Positions 1 through 12,985 of a stretch of 64,000 nucleotides of DNA are shown here, piece by piece. Below the pieces are notes generated by a model, which did no database searches, had not been told where the DNA came from, and saw only the letters and a list, made by a program, of their open reading frames with translations. Origin of the DNA: Geosiphon pyriformis uo1 (lineage: Eukaryota > Fungi > Glomeromycota). The stretch lies in NCBI GenBank assembly GCA_016748015.1, contig JAAOMT010000566.1, forward strand, positions 293,579 through 357,578, given 5' to 3'. The first letter of the stretch is position 1; each line of letters begins with the position of its first letter. Position numbers and translations under genes: made by a program.

Positions 1-392
1 GTTCGTTGTTAAATTACATCATGCTAAAGTATGGTTGTCTAGAGCCAGCCACCAGGTGGTAATGGAGAAAGCTGGTTTGGTCTGTGATGTTGGTATTGTT
101 TCTGGGCTCCCTTGTGGTGTGTCTTCGGTTTTGTCTGATGGTATTGTGAGATTGCTTGGTTTGGCCAATTCCTTTGCTGTTAGCTTTGGTCATCAGAAGT
201 CTTATTGTTTCTTTTCTGGTCTGGGTGGCAGTGTGTGGATAGTTATAGATGTGTAGTGTTGCCTTGTCTGGCCTGAATGGCTAGCCACATGTAGAAAGTG
301 TGTGAGTCACGTTTAGTTTGAGCCTTTTAGTTTGGTTCTATGTACTAGATAGCAATTGGGCTACACTTATTAAATGGGTTAATAAAAAAAAA
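1..392 (+). mobile_element. 3' end of a non-LTR (LINE) retrotransposon: ORF2 C-terminus, 3' UTR and poly(A)
   Basis: ORF 35-256 (..GIVRLLGLANSFAVSFG..FFSGLGG) is homologous to the ORF2 C-terminus at 26995-27387. It is followed by the shared ~125-nt 3' UTR and an A tail at ~384-392. Confidence 0.85.
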
Positions 393-778
393 ATAATTTT
401 TAATTAAATAACTTGATACTTAATATAATTTTAATATTATAATATGAAAATTATAATTTTAGATAAAAAAAATTCAAATTTATGTTTTTATATTAAAAAT
501 TATAATTTTAACAAGTTAATTAACTGTTTTATTAATTATTTTTTAAAATTTATTTATTATATAAAAAAACAAATATAACATAATAAAATTATATTTTTAA
601 CTTAACATAATTTTTAAATATTACAAAAACAATATTTTAAAAATAATAATTTAATTAAATAAATAAAAAATATTATAATTGAAAAATCAATTAAAAAATA
701 TTATTATTATTTAAAATAATACTAATATAATTGAAAACAACAATAATATAATTAAAAAATATAAATTTAAAAATTCCA

Positions 779-809
<31 letters not shown>

Positions 810-810
<1 letters not shown>

Positions 811-3020
811 GCTTTTTTTTTTAATTTTATAATTATAACTGGTATTTTTTCTTTGGTATTTTACAAAATATTAACCAAAAAAGTTTTTTTTATTGTAAAA
901 ACAATTAAACAGAATGTTTTAGAAGCTTTTTTTTAATTAATAATAGCAAAAAACTATTTTTGAAGACTATTGTATTATTATTTTTTCTTTAACTAATTTT
1001 TTACTGATTAAAGTTTTCTTAAAGAGATATACTTAAGTTAATTTTAATATAGTTTCTACTTTTTTTAAAGCCCAAAAGTGTTTAACAATAAGCCAATTAA
1101 CAAATTAGTTTTTTTTATTATAATTTTTATATCTAATACTATTAATATTATCTCTTTAAAAAATAATCAAAAAAATTAAAGATTCAAAAAAATAGAAGCA
1201 GTTACTTATTTTACTATTATTATACTGAACTTTTTTGTAATTTCTAATAAAATCTTAAATAAGATTTCTATTATATCATCTAATTTATTATTTAAATAAA
1301 CCAAAAATTAATCATTAATTGTGTTGTCAAAATATAATATCTTTTAGCAAATTATCACTAGTTTTAAAAGCAAAATAATAGTTTTTTATTAAATTATCTG
1401 TTTTTGGAAATTGAATTGACCAGATAAAAATTGAATTAAATTCTTTACTGGTTTTTGGTTCTATTATTAATAGTGTTTAAGAAATTATTACAAATTGTTA
1501 AAAACTTTCTAAGTAAATAGTCTTTATTTTAATACTTAATATTACTTTTAAGATTAAATTAACTTATATTAAAGCTGTTTTTCGATCTGTACATGGTTTT
1601 TTAGATGCAAAATTAGTATTAAAAGACAATATAAAGCTTTTTTGTATAGAATTTGCTTCTTAAAAGTCTTTAAAAACTGCTTTTTTAGTTGAGCTTATAA
1701 GCTTTATTTGTTTAGTTATTTTTAAAATTGCCAAGTTTTTGGTGGTTTTTAAGACTGATTTTTTTTTGTTGCTATTATAATACATAATGTGTCTTTAAGT
1801 GTATTTGCTGCTAATATTAAAACAATACTTAGTAAATTTAATAAGATTACTTATATTATGTTAAAGTTTATTAATGTTTGGCAATATATTATTGTTTATT
1901 TTAAAGAGTTAAATATTACTATATTTGTTTTGAATTATTAATTAATATTAGTGAGTAAAAATAGTATTAGAATTTTTTTTTTGATAAATCAAAATAAGAT
2001 TATTTTATTTTGTAATAGATTTAAGACCAAGTTAGTTAATCTTTCTTTTGATTATACTGTCTTTAAAATCAATAATATAATCTCTTAGATTAATAATCAG
2101 ACATGTTTTATTTTTTGTTCTTTTAATTTTGGTTATTGTTTCTGATTTGTTTTGGTTATGTTTAAATTTTAGACTGATTTAAATATAACAATAATCAAAA
2201 CTGGTACATTATAAAAGTGTTATATTTGGTAAAAAACTTCTAATTGTTAATGCTGTTTTAAGTATTAAAAATAGATTATTTAATTGTAGACTGTAAAATG
2301 TTCTTACCTTTTCCTTTCAAAATTCCCAAAATATTTACATTACATTTTGTAAATGCTAAGCCTTATGTTAAAGCTTCTGTTTATTTGAGCTTTTCCAAAT
2401 TTTTACCTTTAATGATTCTTGTTTTTCCTTTTGTGATTGTTGGAAATCCTTTGGTTTCTTTGTAATTAACCTTTTTAAAAGCTGATTTGGCCAAATTAAC
2501 TATATTAATTGGATCTATTATTGAATCTGTTGATTTTTTGTTATTGTTTTTGAACAATTTATTAAAAAAAACCTCATTTCGAGCAGTGTTCTTAGTCTTA
2601 AGATCAATAAGATTCTGGTATATATAGAAGTCTTTAACAAGACTGTTGATAAGTTGAAATGCATTAAAAGCTGAATGTGATTATGATAATATTGACATGT
2701 TTGGTCTTTACATGAGTTTGTCTGCTGTTGATGATGATATGTTCTATCACTTTGGAAACATGAATCTGCTGATATTAAAGCTAATGTCTTTAAGACTGCC
2801 ATTCTGTTTGAAATTGTTCAAAGGATGTCTTTTTTGGATAAGTTTTCTTCTAAAGTTGCAACGTAGTATAGCCTAAACTGGCTCGAATAGCTGGTTACAT
2901 GTAGAAATCGCATGAACCACATTTAGCAATGGAACACTTAGTTTGTTCCTAATTTCTAAATAGTGGTTGGACCGTACTCGTTAAACATATAATAAAATAA
3001 TAATAATAATAATAATAATA
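810..3020 (+). mobile_element. Degenerate ORF1-only non-autonomous LINE-like element with LINE-type 3' UTR and (TAA)n tail
   Basis: 850-2130 is colinear with 52921-54217. There is a degenerate CCHC-knuckle-like segment at ~2240-2295. The ORF ends at TAG 2864-2866, directly followed by the LINE-type 3' UTR and (TAA)n at 2990-3020. No endonuclease or RT sequence is present. Confidence 0.7.
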
Positions 3021-4379
3021 CTTTCTTAATCAAAACAAAATATATTTTCATTTTTATAATTAAATTAATGTAATCTAATTTAGTTGTTTCAAAATCTTCA
3101 CATTTCTTGCATGACTTCTAATTCTATTCTCTCAAGTTTAATATTTATCTCAAGACCAACGTGGTAAGAAATTCAAGAATGCTTTTGCATGTCAAAATGA
3201 AAAAAAAGCCAGATATAATAAGCCTAAATTTAACTATTCGAGAGATCTTCTGATTTGCTTACCTGGTTTACAGACTCTTTTCCTATGAAATTATTATCAT
3301 CCCAGTTGATGGTGTAATACTCCTTGTATTATTGGTAACAAGTGAAAGGGAACAATAGTTTTGAGCTAGATTGACTTTCCAAAGGAATGTTAAAAAATCT
3401 GATATTTGGCACATGTTTTTTAATTGTCAATGATGAACGATAGTAGTAAATACTACCAGAAATTCTCAATAAAAGAATTGTGAACTTAAATGATTGAATA
3501 CTCGTAAGCCAATTTATAATTGTAAAGAAAAATGCCAACGCGTGAAATAATGCGTACGTAGACAAGGGAATGAAAAAGTAGAAATTTTTAGGGTGTCGAA
3601 TACCTAGATCTTTGATTCCTGAATCAACATAAAATGAGAAATCAGTTTATTATCGAGTTCAAAAAAAAGCTGCTAGGAATTCAATGAAAAAATGGAGAAA
3701 CACCTCGCCTTGAAGTTTTTGTTGCAGATTAGTATCTGCTACAAATAGAATAAATCTTTTAGAAACTTTGCATTTGATCAAAACTTTGTGAAAATCTTGC
3801 TAATCACTCAGAGACTTGAATTGGTGATCACTTTTGGTCACTTGGTTTGCAAAAGGGTTATCATCCTCGTTAAATTAAGTACGCAGCTTAAAGTGACTGA
3901 AGAAAAAATTACCTCTGTTTTTTTCGCAATGGCCTTCGTTCCTAGCATGATTATATTTTTGTTTAAAAGACAAACTTTCTAGACTTTATTGGCACCAGTT
4001 GTAAACTAAAAAATTTTCATGCAGAAACTCGGCGATCATGACGTATAGTGTTAGGATCATGATGACTAATTTACTCCCAAAAAGATTTTCGAAAAATTAA
4101 ATTAATATACATGCTCTATTGAAAGCATTTAATAATAAATTCTAGCGGTGAAGTGCAACCTTCTCTACTTTGATGAATTGTCTATCTGTTCATATTAAAC
4201 GCTAATTTATAAATCATTAACAGTCCTTCAAAAAAGTGAACAGCCTTTGTATTGCTTCAAGGTGATAGCATTATTAAAATAAAAGTTTTCTTCAATGAAA
4301 TAGCGGCCGAATAGGTAATACCTCAAATAAATCGTCTATGCCTTCTAAAATCTGGCAATTCCTCACTTGTAATGAATCC

Positions 4380-7300
4380 CTATTCGGCACCAAAGTTATC
4401 TTCAAACTCTTCTTCATCTAGGGTTTCATCAGTCAAAAAGTGCAACAAAAAGTTCTTTTTTCTTTGTGCATGTGAATCTAACACACGCTCAGTAGACTTT
4501 GAACGCAGCAAAACCGACCCAAGAACTATTGCTAAATAAATAATCCAGTTATTTTCATATGAGAATAAAACCAGATTGGTCAAAATAATCGTTAATAATG
4601 TGATCATGAGTTAAAAATTACAGGCAATTACTTTTAGAAATTTGGCCTACCAAGCATTTCAATACGAGCAAAATCTTTTTTCTTATTTTGACAAATTACC
4701 TCTCGTAAAAACGAGGTCACGTATATGAACACGTTTGCATGAACGCTTGGTATTAACTCAATTACCTGTAAAATGTATATAATAAACATTGTAAATGAGA
4801 TGAGAAAATGTAATAGGATTCTTCAATGTAAGTTTTTGATACCTCATGAGCGGCCAGTCGATTAGTCACATTTAAGCATTGATCGTACAAATGGTATGGG
4901 ATCACAGGTTCTGGTAAGGACTCGAGAAATCGAATCAGCGATTCAGCCATTGAATGAACCCCAATATTTTCACCAAGCCCATCTTGCGGAGGTGTTGTTA
5001 AGTTCTCGGAATAGGCGGTCAATATGGAGATATCAGTCAAATGCTTTCCATGTTCATTAGGTGTAGCCTCGTCATCTTCATATCCGATAGGTGGGGGTGA
5101 TGGTGCCTTCGGTGGCTGCTGAAGAAGCAGTTTGAGATCAAACTCCTCCCCAGTGTCCAAGCATTCCCGAATGTGTTTCATCATTGGTTGATGACCAGAT
5201 ACCAAAAATAAATCGTCCTGTGGTGGTTTTTCAAAAAATTAGTAACTTTCGAGATGAGTTTAGATTGATTTGAGAAATGAAGCCTACCAAATTTAGGCCA
5301 TAGCGGCTGATAAAATCCAACATTCGCCATATTTCTCTTGGGACACTTATCTGATGTTCAATGGGATATAAAGGCAGATGCTCCTGGTGAGTCCGCTTTA
5401 TGGGCTTTGGCAGCCGCACTAGTCGTTCAAGGTTATTGGCAAAACATGTCGGCGTATAATTCCCATGTACTGATATGAAAAAGTCTTTGCCGTTTTCCAA
5501 ATGCATAATTAAGATATCCTCCACTTTGCTACCGGCATTAAGAGCTGGTGCTGATATGTTATCAATTGCGACAATCAATTTTATTGCCTCTTTCTCTCCT
5601 ATATGAATATAAGAAATCATTTTGAGAACATTAGGCCAAAAATTTGGCTATAAATTTAAGGTTTGTTTGATAGATTACCAGGAATGATGTATCCTTGTGC
5701 AGGCTCAATACTTAACCAAGGTTGACAAATGTGTCGTTCATCCATTTTAGGAACAAATTTGAACTTTAAAATTACCTGCCCAGTATTTTCTATTGTGACA
5801 ATTTTTGTCTGCGGTTCTCCAAAATATTGAAGGTCACCATAGTCAAATACCGAGCAAGAAATTTTTGCATCTGGCATATTATCATTTTCGAATTTATCTA
5901 GCTCCCGAACAATGCTACTATGGACCTCATTATACTTGTAGGGTATAATTTTTTTAATCTATAATTGAGGGAATCAATTAATAATTAATTTTGGTGCGAA
6001 TGCTTTTGTAATATAATCGGAAATTAAACTAATGTTGGCTAACCTTCATATTGAAGACAGCACTAACAGGTTTATGATCACTTTGTGTGATTTCCATGTG
6101 ACTTCGATATGCGAGTTGTTGAATGCCGTTATTTTCTTTACTTCGCCATAATATTCGGTCTGTCCATGCAGGAGCCCTGTTCTTCTCACTTGAGTAGAAG
6201 TACATGTAGAAATATTTAGAATGGCTGAAAAATATGACCTTTTCACTTTTTACATAGCTAAATTACCTTGAATCCCAATTATTTGTTCTAACATCATATT
6301 TATATGTTGGAGCAAAAGTAATTTGACCCTCTTCAAATTCATCAAAGGCCCATTTATTTTTCCTTTGAATCCCAAGCTATGTTAAGCCCAGAGTGAATTA
6401 AGATTTAGATCAATCTTAGAGTGGATAATCGAATTTGAGCAAAAAATTTACTCATAAAACACCTAGACATACCTGATCGAATTTGAGCAACACATCTATC
6501 TCTTTCTTTGACCAAAGATCCTTAATTTCATATTCAGGCAAAGCTTCAATACGATAATTCAAGTCACCCATCCAAATCAGATGGCTAATATTTACAGTTT
6601 GTTTTAGCTCACTTAATCAAATAAAATAGCGTATAATATTAAAAGTCAGTTTTGCGCATACTCTGAATCGAAAATCGAGAAAGCCTTTCCCTGAACAGCT
6701 CCATATGATCCACTCATGCCAACCATCCCTCCTATATTATTGACAGCTGCGGATAAGACACCCGGTGTTGAAGGTAAACCACCGGTCAGCCCAATATTTG
6801 AAGAGGTTGTTGAAGTTGAAGATATCGGTATTGGGTTTATGGGTGAGATTGGAGACGAAGGTAATGGATATAGAGGATTGATTGGAAAAGAAATTCGTCG
6901 ACAAATCTCAAGATAGTCTTGATTCCGTCGCTGAACTTGATTATCATCGGCTGCCAGATGACAATTAACAAAACATATCGTCGTATCATGAAATCTCATT
7001 CGAATTGAGACACCACCTTTATTTCCCTATAATTTGTTGAATTAATTAGTAATTTTATGACTGGTTAAAGTTAAGAGAAATTTGGCTTAACGGTAAATTG
7101 TCAAATACAGGCTAATCAGATTCAATAACGTAACTAATCCGTCAAATAAGGAGGGGTAACGCTTAAGGATGCTGATTCAACTTTCATAATCTTACCAAAA
7201 ATCATCATACCATCATGCCCATTATCCCAACTCCAGCAGAATCAGTTTGGATATCTTTGACAATAGTAAAATGTTCTTTCTTCACAAAAATCATAAGTAA

Positions 7301-7846
7301 CATTCCAATTAATTGTTTGGACATTATCTGTTAAAATATTTTATTAAAATTCATATATATAAAATTTCAAACCCCATTTTTCTTAAATAAATCTTGCCTT
7401 CCAATAATTATTCGCTCTACCTCCCAATCCATGAGCTACGGCGCTAGTCCAATCCTCCTCTCTTGTACTATCATAGAGGAGAAATGCCTCGGCACTTAAA
7501 TCTAACTCTTGAAAACTTTGTTCGTAAAATTTTATATGATCAGCGCCATGGAGAGAATTCACCAAAAAAAAAATTAAAGAAAATGTCTCTTATTCTCACC
7601 CTATTGCATAAATGTCTGGCTCTGTTTCACACGCAAGCCAGGTGTCAAGTATGTCTGATGCAAACTTGCCATTTACGTTCCAAGTCGCAGCAAATACACT
7701 TCGGGATATTATTTGATATGTTTTTGGAAAAGAAATTCTAAATGCAACTTTCAAACAAAAAGGATTTAAATTTCTTACGATATTGTTTGCTGTTCGATGA
7801 ACTCTGCTTCTCGCTCCAGCATACGCTTAGCCACATAGTCACTCAT
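4380..7846 (-). CDS. OCRL: OCRL/INPP5B-type inositol polyphosphate 5-phosphatase with ASH and RhoGAP-like domains (about 13 exons; 5' end uncertain)
   Basis: Spliced motifs in order: TWNVNG (exon 7600-7698), [60 protein letters not shown]. Then ASH ([13 protein letters not shown]) and RhoGAP-like ([29 protein letters not shown]). Stop at 4380. Splice sites keep the frame at the junctions checked. Confidence 0.9.
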
Positions 7847-10051
7847 AGTTGAAAATGGAAGGCTTAATGAAGTACTAGTCCACGGCAGCGAGAGGTAAAT
7901 ATCATAGTTTGATCATTTGGCTTATTGTACAGTTACATTAAAGAATTTCCTTTTTGCGATAAATCTTTCTGAGTGTGACGAAAATGTGGTACAATAATTT
8001 TGGGAAATTTATTAAAATTTAAAAATAAATATTTTATGTCAAGGTTTTATTAATTAATACTTAATAATTCAATTTGCTTTTGTTGTTAAAATTTTTGCTT
8101 CTGAAAATATTTAAAGATTATAACTATTTTTTCTTGGAAGTAAAATTTGTTCCAAAGCTATCCGAATTTTAATAATGACAGTTCTAATTTTGAAATCAAC
8201 CAATTTTAATAATATTGTTGGTCTTTAAATTAATTTCGGAAATTATTTTAAAAGAATTAATTCTGAACCTGACAAGATTATAATGATAAATTAGTTTCAA
8301 CTCGTAAAATTATTAATTTTAAACAAAAAATTAATTTCAAAAGTGATTTTGTTTTTTTTTATTTATAGTTTGAATAAAATAAATTTGAATAATTGCATTT
8401 ATTTTAAGTGTTAAAACTTTTCAACCATTAATTAATACATTTTTTGAAAAACGCCTTTTTTTATACTTTTTTAAAAAATATTGTTAAAGTTTAATATCAT
8501 TATTTTGACAAATTTTCAATTATTAAAGAAAGTATAATTTAATTATTATATTTAATTATGTAAATTATTACAAATTTGATTACCAATAAAGAAACAATTA
8601 ATAAAAAATTTGAAATAATATTATAATCCAAAGTTAATAGTAGAGATTAAGCATAATTTTATGATAATTTTTGGTTTAAATTTCAATTAATCACAGCATT
8701 TTAAGTCTAGATTTCTATTGAAAAAGAAGATAAATAAAAATACCCAAAATAAACAAATATAATTTATTTCCGTTTTTTGTTAATAATAATTTGGCTTCAA
8801 AGTGATTTTATGAGATTTTTTATTATAATTTTTTGTTTTGATTTACCAAAAAAATTTTCACTTGGTTATAAGTAAATAATTTTAAATTTATTATCAAATA
8901 TACAACCTAATTAAAATACTTAAATACTTTATTTTTTATATTTAACTTCTATTTAAAAAAATATAATAAAAAAATTTTTAATTTTATGTTTTAAATAATT
9001 ATTTAATATTGTTAAAAAAAATTTTTTTATGTTAATTGAATTATTTTTATTTTTTATTGTATTATCTATGTGTTTTGATTATTTTATTTTATTTTTATTT
9101 ATGCAATTGGACTACACTTTGTTAAAGCATAAAGAAAAAAATTTACATTAAAAGTTAAAAAAAATTTTATTTGTCTTAACTAAATATAGTTTTATTAAAA
9201 TCTATAACTTATGTTTTTCAGCAACATATAACTAACTTAAATCAATTTACTTATTTATTTTTTAAATTAATATTTAATACTTTAATCTTATCAAAATATT
9301 TGGTTTATTCTTTACAAGTTTTAATAATTATTTTTTAATTGTTTTTTTATTTAATTTTATTTTATTTTTATAATTAATAACAAATAATTTATAATTTTTA
9401 AAGTATTTTTAAGTCTTTTATTTGTTTTTAAATTGGTTAAAATTCTTAAGCATAATAGTACTAAATTAATAATATATTCAATTTAAATTTTTAAAGAAAC
9501 AAAACAATATTTAAATATTTATAGCAAAATTAACTTAAACAACCAAAAAAAAGCAACCAAATTTATAAAAAATTTAATTTTTGTAATTATAAATTTAATA
9601 ACAACAAATAAATTTTGCAACTTAAATTTAAAAAAACTAATTTAAATTTATAAGTTTTATTGGCAAAACAGCTAAAAAACTAGAATAAAACATTATTAAA
9701 AAAACAAAAATTAGCATAAAATATGAATTTAATAAAAAAAATTTAAATACAACAGAAAACTTGAAAATTTTTTAATAAAAACAACAAAAATAGTTTTACA
9801 AACAAAAATCAAATAATTTAGTATTAATATTAAAAGTTTTTTATCAAATATATCTTTTATATAAAGTATTAATATTATTAATAATTTTTTTATTTTAAAC
9901 TTTTTTAAAATTTAAAATAAAAATTATAAATTATTAATAATAATAAATATTAAAAAATTAAAAAATAAATCAAGTTTAATTACCAACTTAAAACATTAAA
10001 TTATTAATTTAAAAAACTATACAACCAAAAAAAATTAATTAATTTAGTCAT

Positions 10052-10846
10052 TGTTACAAGTAACTATTTCTGGTGTTGGATTAAGTAACAAATCCGTAAC
10101 TTGGTACTCAAATCTAGTTGTAGTTAATAGTAATCTGAAGGTTTGTGTCTGAAGGATTTGTATCCAAAGAGTTTGGTTGAGTTCTTTGTATAATAAACAG
10201 AGATTCAATGGTAATAGTTTTATCCATAGCTTCTCAAAACTGCAGTTTCATCAATTTCTTTCTCAGCTTAATGGCCGGTATTTCTCTTGATAAGCTATTC
10301 TCAATTAAGTGTTCTACTCTTATTTCTGGGTCTTTTACCAGTCACGTTTATCCTGATGTCAGTACCTCATGTGTTAATTCTCAATAGAATTAGTAAACAA
10401 CAATAAAATCAAAGCAAGAAATAAAAAAAATAAAAAAAAATAAAAAAAGAAAGAAATAAGCCAAGACAATTTGCAAGTTAGTATTCTGTTAATAGCCATG
10501 ATCAAGAGCTATTGTTCCAGTATAGTTAAGTATCAATTACTATCAACATGAAGTGTTGATAGTGGCAGCAGGTTTGAGATAACAAACAGTTATTTATTTG
10601 TGGTTTGGAAAGTTGTCTAGATGAAATTTAAATTGAGAGGTCTGTCTTTTTAGCTTCTAATCCTACTGCTATATATACATAATTGAGATTCCTCAATTCC
10701 TCAATTTTTTACAACAGGAATCCTGAGATTTCTGAAATTTTGCAATTTCTTTGAGAAAAATCCTGAAATTCTACATTTTACTATGTTTACTTCTGATTGG
10801 TTAATAACTATGCTAATATATATTCCCTATATTTCTATGAGTAATA
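10052..10846 (-). repeat. 3' LTR of element A (795 bp)
   Basis: Direct repeat of 19281-20151. PPT AAAAGGAGGGAA lies at 10850-10861 on the minus strand. Confidence 0.92.
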
Positions 10847-11519
10847 TTATTCCCTCCTTTTAATATTGAGCTCTGTCAAAATCTAACTCTGTTAATTCCC
10901 CTTCTTGAAGTATTTCCTGAATTTTATTTTCGAGAATTACTTATGTTATTTGAGTCTGTAATTCTTCAAATTGAGTGTTGGTAATCTTTCCTAATTGATT
11001 ACTGGTAATTGTATCCATTACTTTGTTGAGTAAGATTTCTGGTCGATCCTAAAATGCTGTGTGTATTCAGTATATGGCTCGGGCCTGTGTGAATAAGTTG
11101 TTCTTTTCCACAAAATGTTCTAATTGTTGTAGTATTCTTGTGTTGAATAATCGCTTTGTTTTATCTATATATAGATTCTGGATATTCACGTGTTGTCCCA
11201 AGTAAAAATAACAATAGTTTCTTGGAAATTGTTGTATCCACCAATTCCAAGTTTTTTTAGTCAACTCTTGGTATAGTGACTCTTTTGTCAACTCTTTTAT
11301 TGCTAATTTTACTTTTGCAATGATTTTGTTAATAGTATTTTCTGTTTTCTTCTGTGTTTTATGTGGTGATGTCTTTCTAGTGTCTTGATATCAGATGGTT
11401 TGTTAATTAATTGTAATTTCCATCTCTTGGTGTTGAATTAATTAAAAGAGTTGTTATGCTAGTAAGTAGATGTTGTCTGTAATTTCCATTTTTCTGATAT
11501 TTCTTGTCGCGTCTATCAT
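10827..11519 (-). pseudogene. ORF3 of element A (unknown soluble protein, env position)
   Basis: One reading frame without frameshifts, interrupted only by TAA/TGA/TAG codons consistent with C>T changes. Homologous to ORF3 of family B and overlaps the 3' LTR start. Confidence 0.75.
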
Positions 11520-11542
11520 GTCTTTATATATTTTTTGATGGA

Positions 11543-12924
11543 TTAATTTAACGTGTTGTTGTTAATGATGATGATTGGTTCCAGATCTCATGGAATTTTC
11601 TCTGGTTGGGCTAGTATCTTCTGTACTCCTAATTGTGGAATATTATTGGTGGATGTTGGTATAATGTTGTGGTATGGTTTTAGTCGATCTCTATGTGCTG
11701 TTTTGGTTAAGATTTTGTTATCCAGTCTTAATTTATAAGCTCTATTCTTTAGAATTTTTTCTATGTGAAATGGTCCATTCTATTTGGGGTCAAATTTTCC
11801 ACTCCATTGTTTTTTTGCTTTGGTATAATATAAGAGTACTTTGTCTTCAATCTTGAATTCAACTGGTTTGTCTGGTAGTTGATTATCATGTCTTTCTTTT
11901 TGTTTCTCTTGTGACTTTTGTATATTATCAGCTGCTCTTTTTCATTTGTTTTCCAATGTTTCCATTAAGTCATATGTCTTCTTAACAATGTTTCTTGAAA
12001 ATTTTCTTCTGTTATTGGTTCAGTTGGATATGTGTTAACCTTTATCTCAACTGGTAATATTGCTGTTCTACTATATATTAATTCAAATAATGTTGCTTGT
12101 ATGGTGTCTTACTTTATTGTCCGATAAGCAAATAATACTGATGGTATGAACAAATTCTATTCATTCTGGTTTTCTTGGCTGAGTTTTACTATTGCTTTAC
12201 ACAATATTCTATTAAATCTTTCAACTAATCCATTGGTTTGTGGATGGTATGGTGATGATAATAGTCTCTTAATTCCGAATTTTTGGCTTAGTTCTCCTAA
12301 TGTTCTATTCACAAAATAGGTTCCTTGGTCTAATAATAGTTCTTTTGAACATCCATGTCAACAAATCAGATCTTGATGGACAAATTCGGCAATGGATTCT
12401 ACATCCGCTCTTTGAATTGCTTTGGCTTCTGGTCTTTTAGTAAGATAGTCTATGGCTACTGCAATATATATGTTGCCTCTGCTAGTAATTGTCAATGGTC
12501 TAACTAAATCGATTTCAATATGGTCAAATGGTTGTCCCACTTTGATTGGTTTCAATGGTTCGCTGGGTCTTGTTCCTCTTCTTCTTTGACAAGCATCACA
12601 ATTTTGCACATATTAAATAATATCTGGATACATTAATGGCCAATAGTATCTCTTTCTGGTTCTTTCCATGGTTGCTTCTTTATGAAAATGTCCTGCAGTT
12701 GGATTTGAGTGTATGTTAAACAGTATTGTCTTCTTTTCTGGTTCTGTAATTACTCTGGTTGGTTGATCTGAATCTTTTCTATTTTTCCAATAAAGTATAT
12801 TTTGGTAAGTGATAAAATATTTGGATTGTTGTTTGATTCTCTTTTGTTCCAGTTGAGATAATTTCTTCTTGAACTGTTAAGTATCTATATAATGTTAAAG
12901 TTGTTGATATTTTTGTGTGTTCAT
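11543..12924 (-). pseudogene. Integrase ORF of element A (HHCC, DDE core, GPF motif)
   Basis: Starts MNTQKYQQL. Contains CDACQRR and IAVAIDYLTK, and the C-terminal GPF motif. No chromodomain is visible. Confidence 0.85.
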
Positions 12925-12985
12925 CTTTTGTTATATTTTCATGAGTATTGTTTTGGTTTTGTTATATTTTTGGGTTGAAATGTTC

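Noticed and set aside
2864-2985. LINE 3' UTR as a 5S rRNA- or tRNA-derived sequence
   Set aside because: Size and branching are similar, but I see no convincing sequence match or Pol III boxes.
3100-4000. Possible small spliced gene (donor-like GTAAG at ~3262 on the minus strand; ORFs 3329-3565 and 3788-3982)
   Set aside because: No coherent exon chain or recognisable protein could be built.
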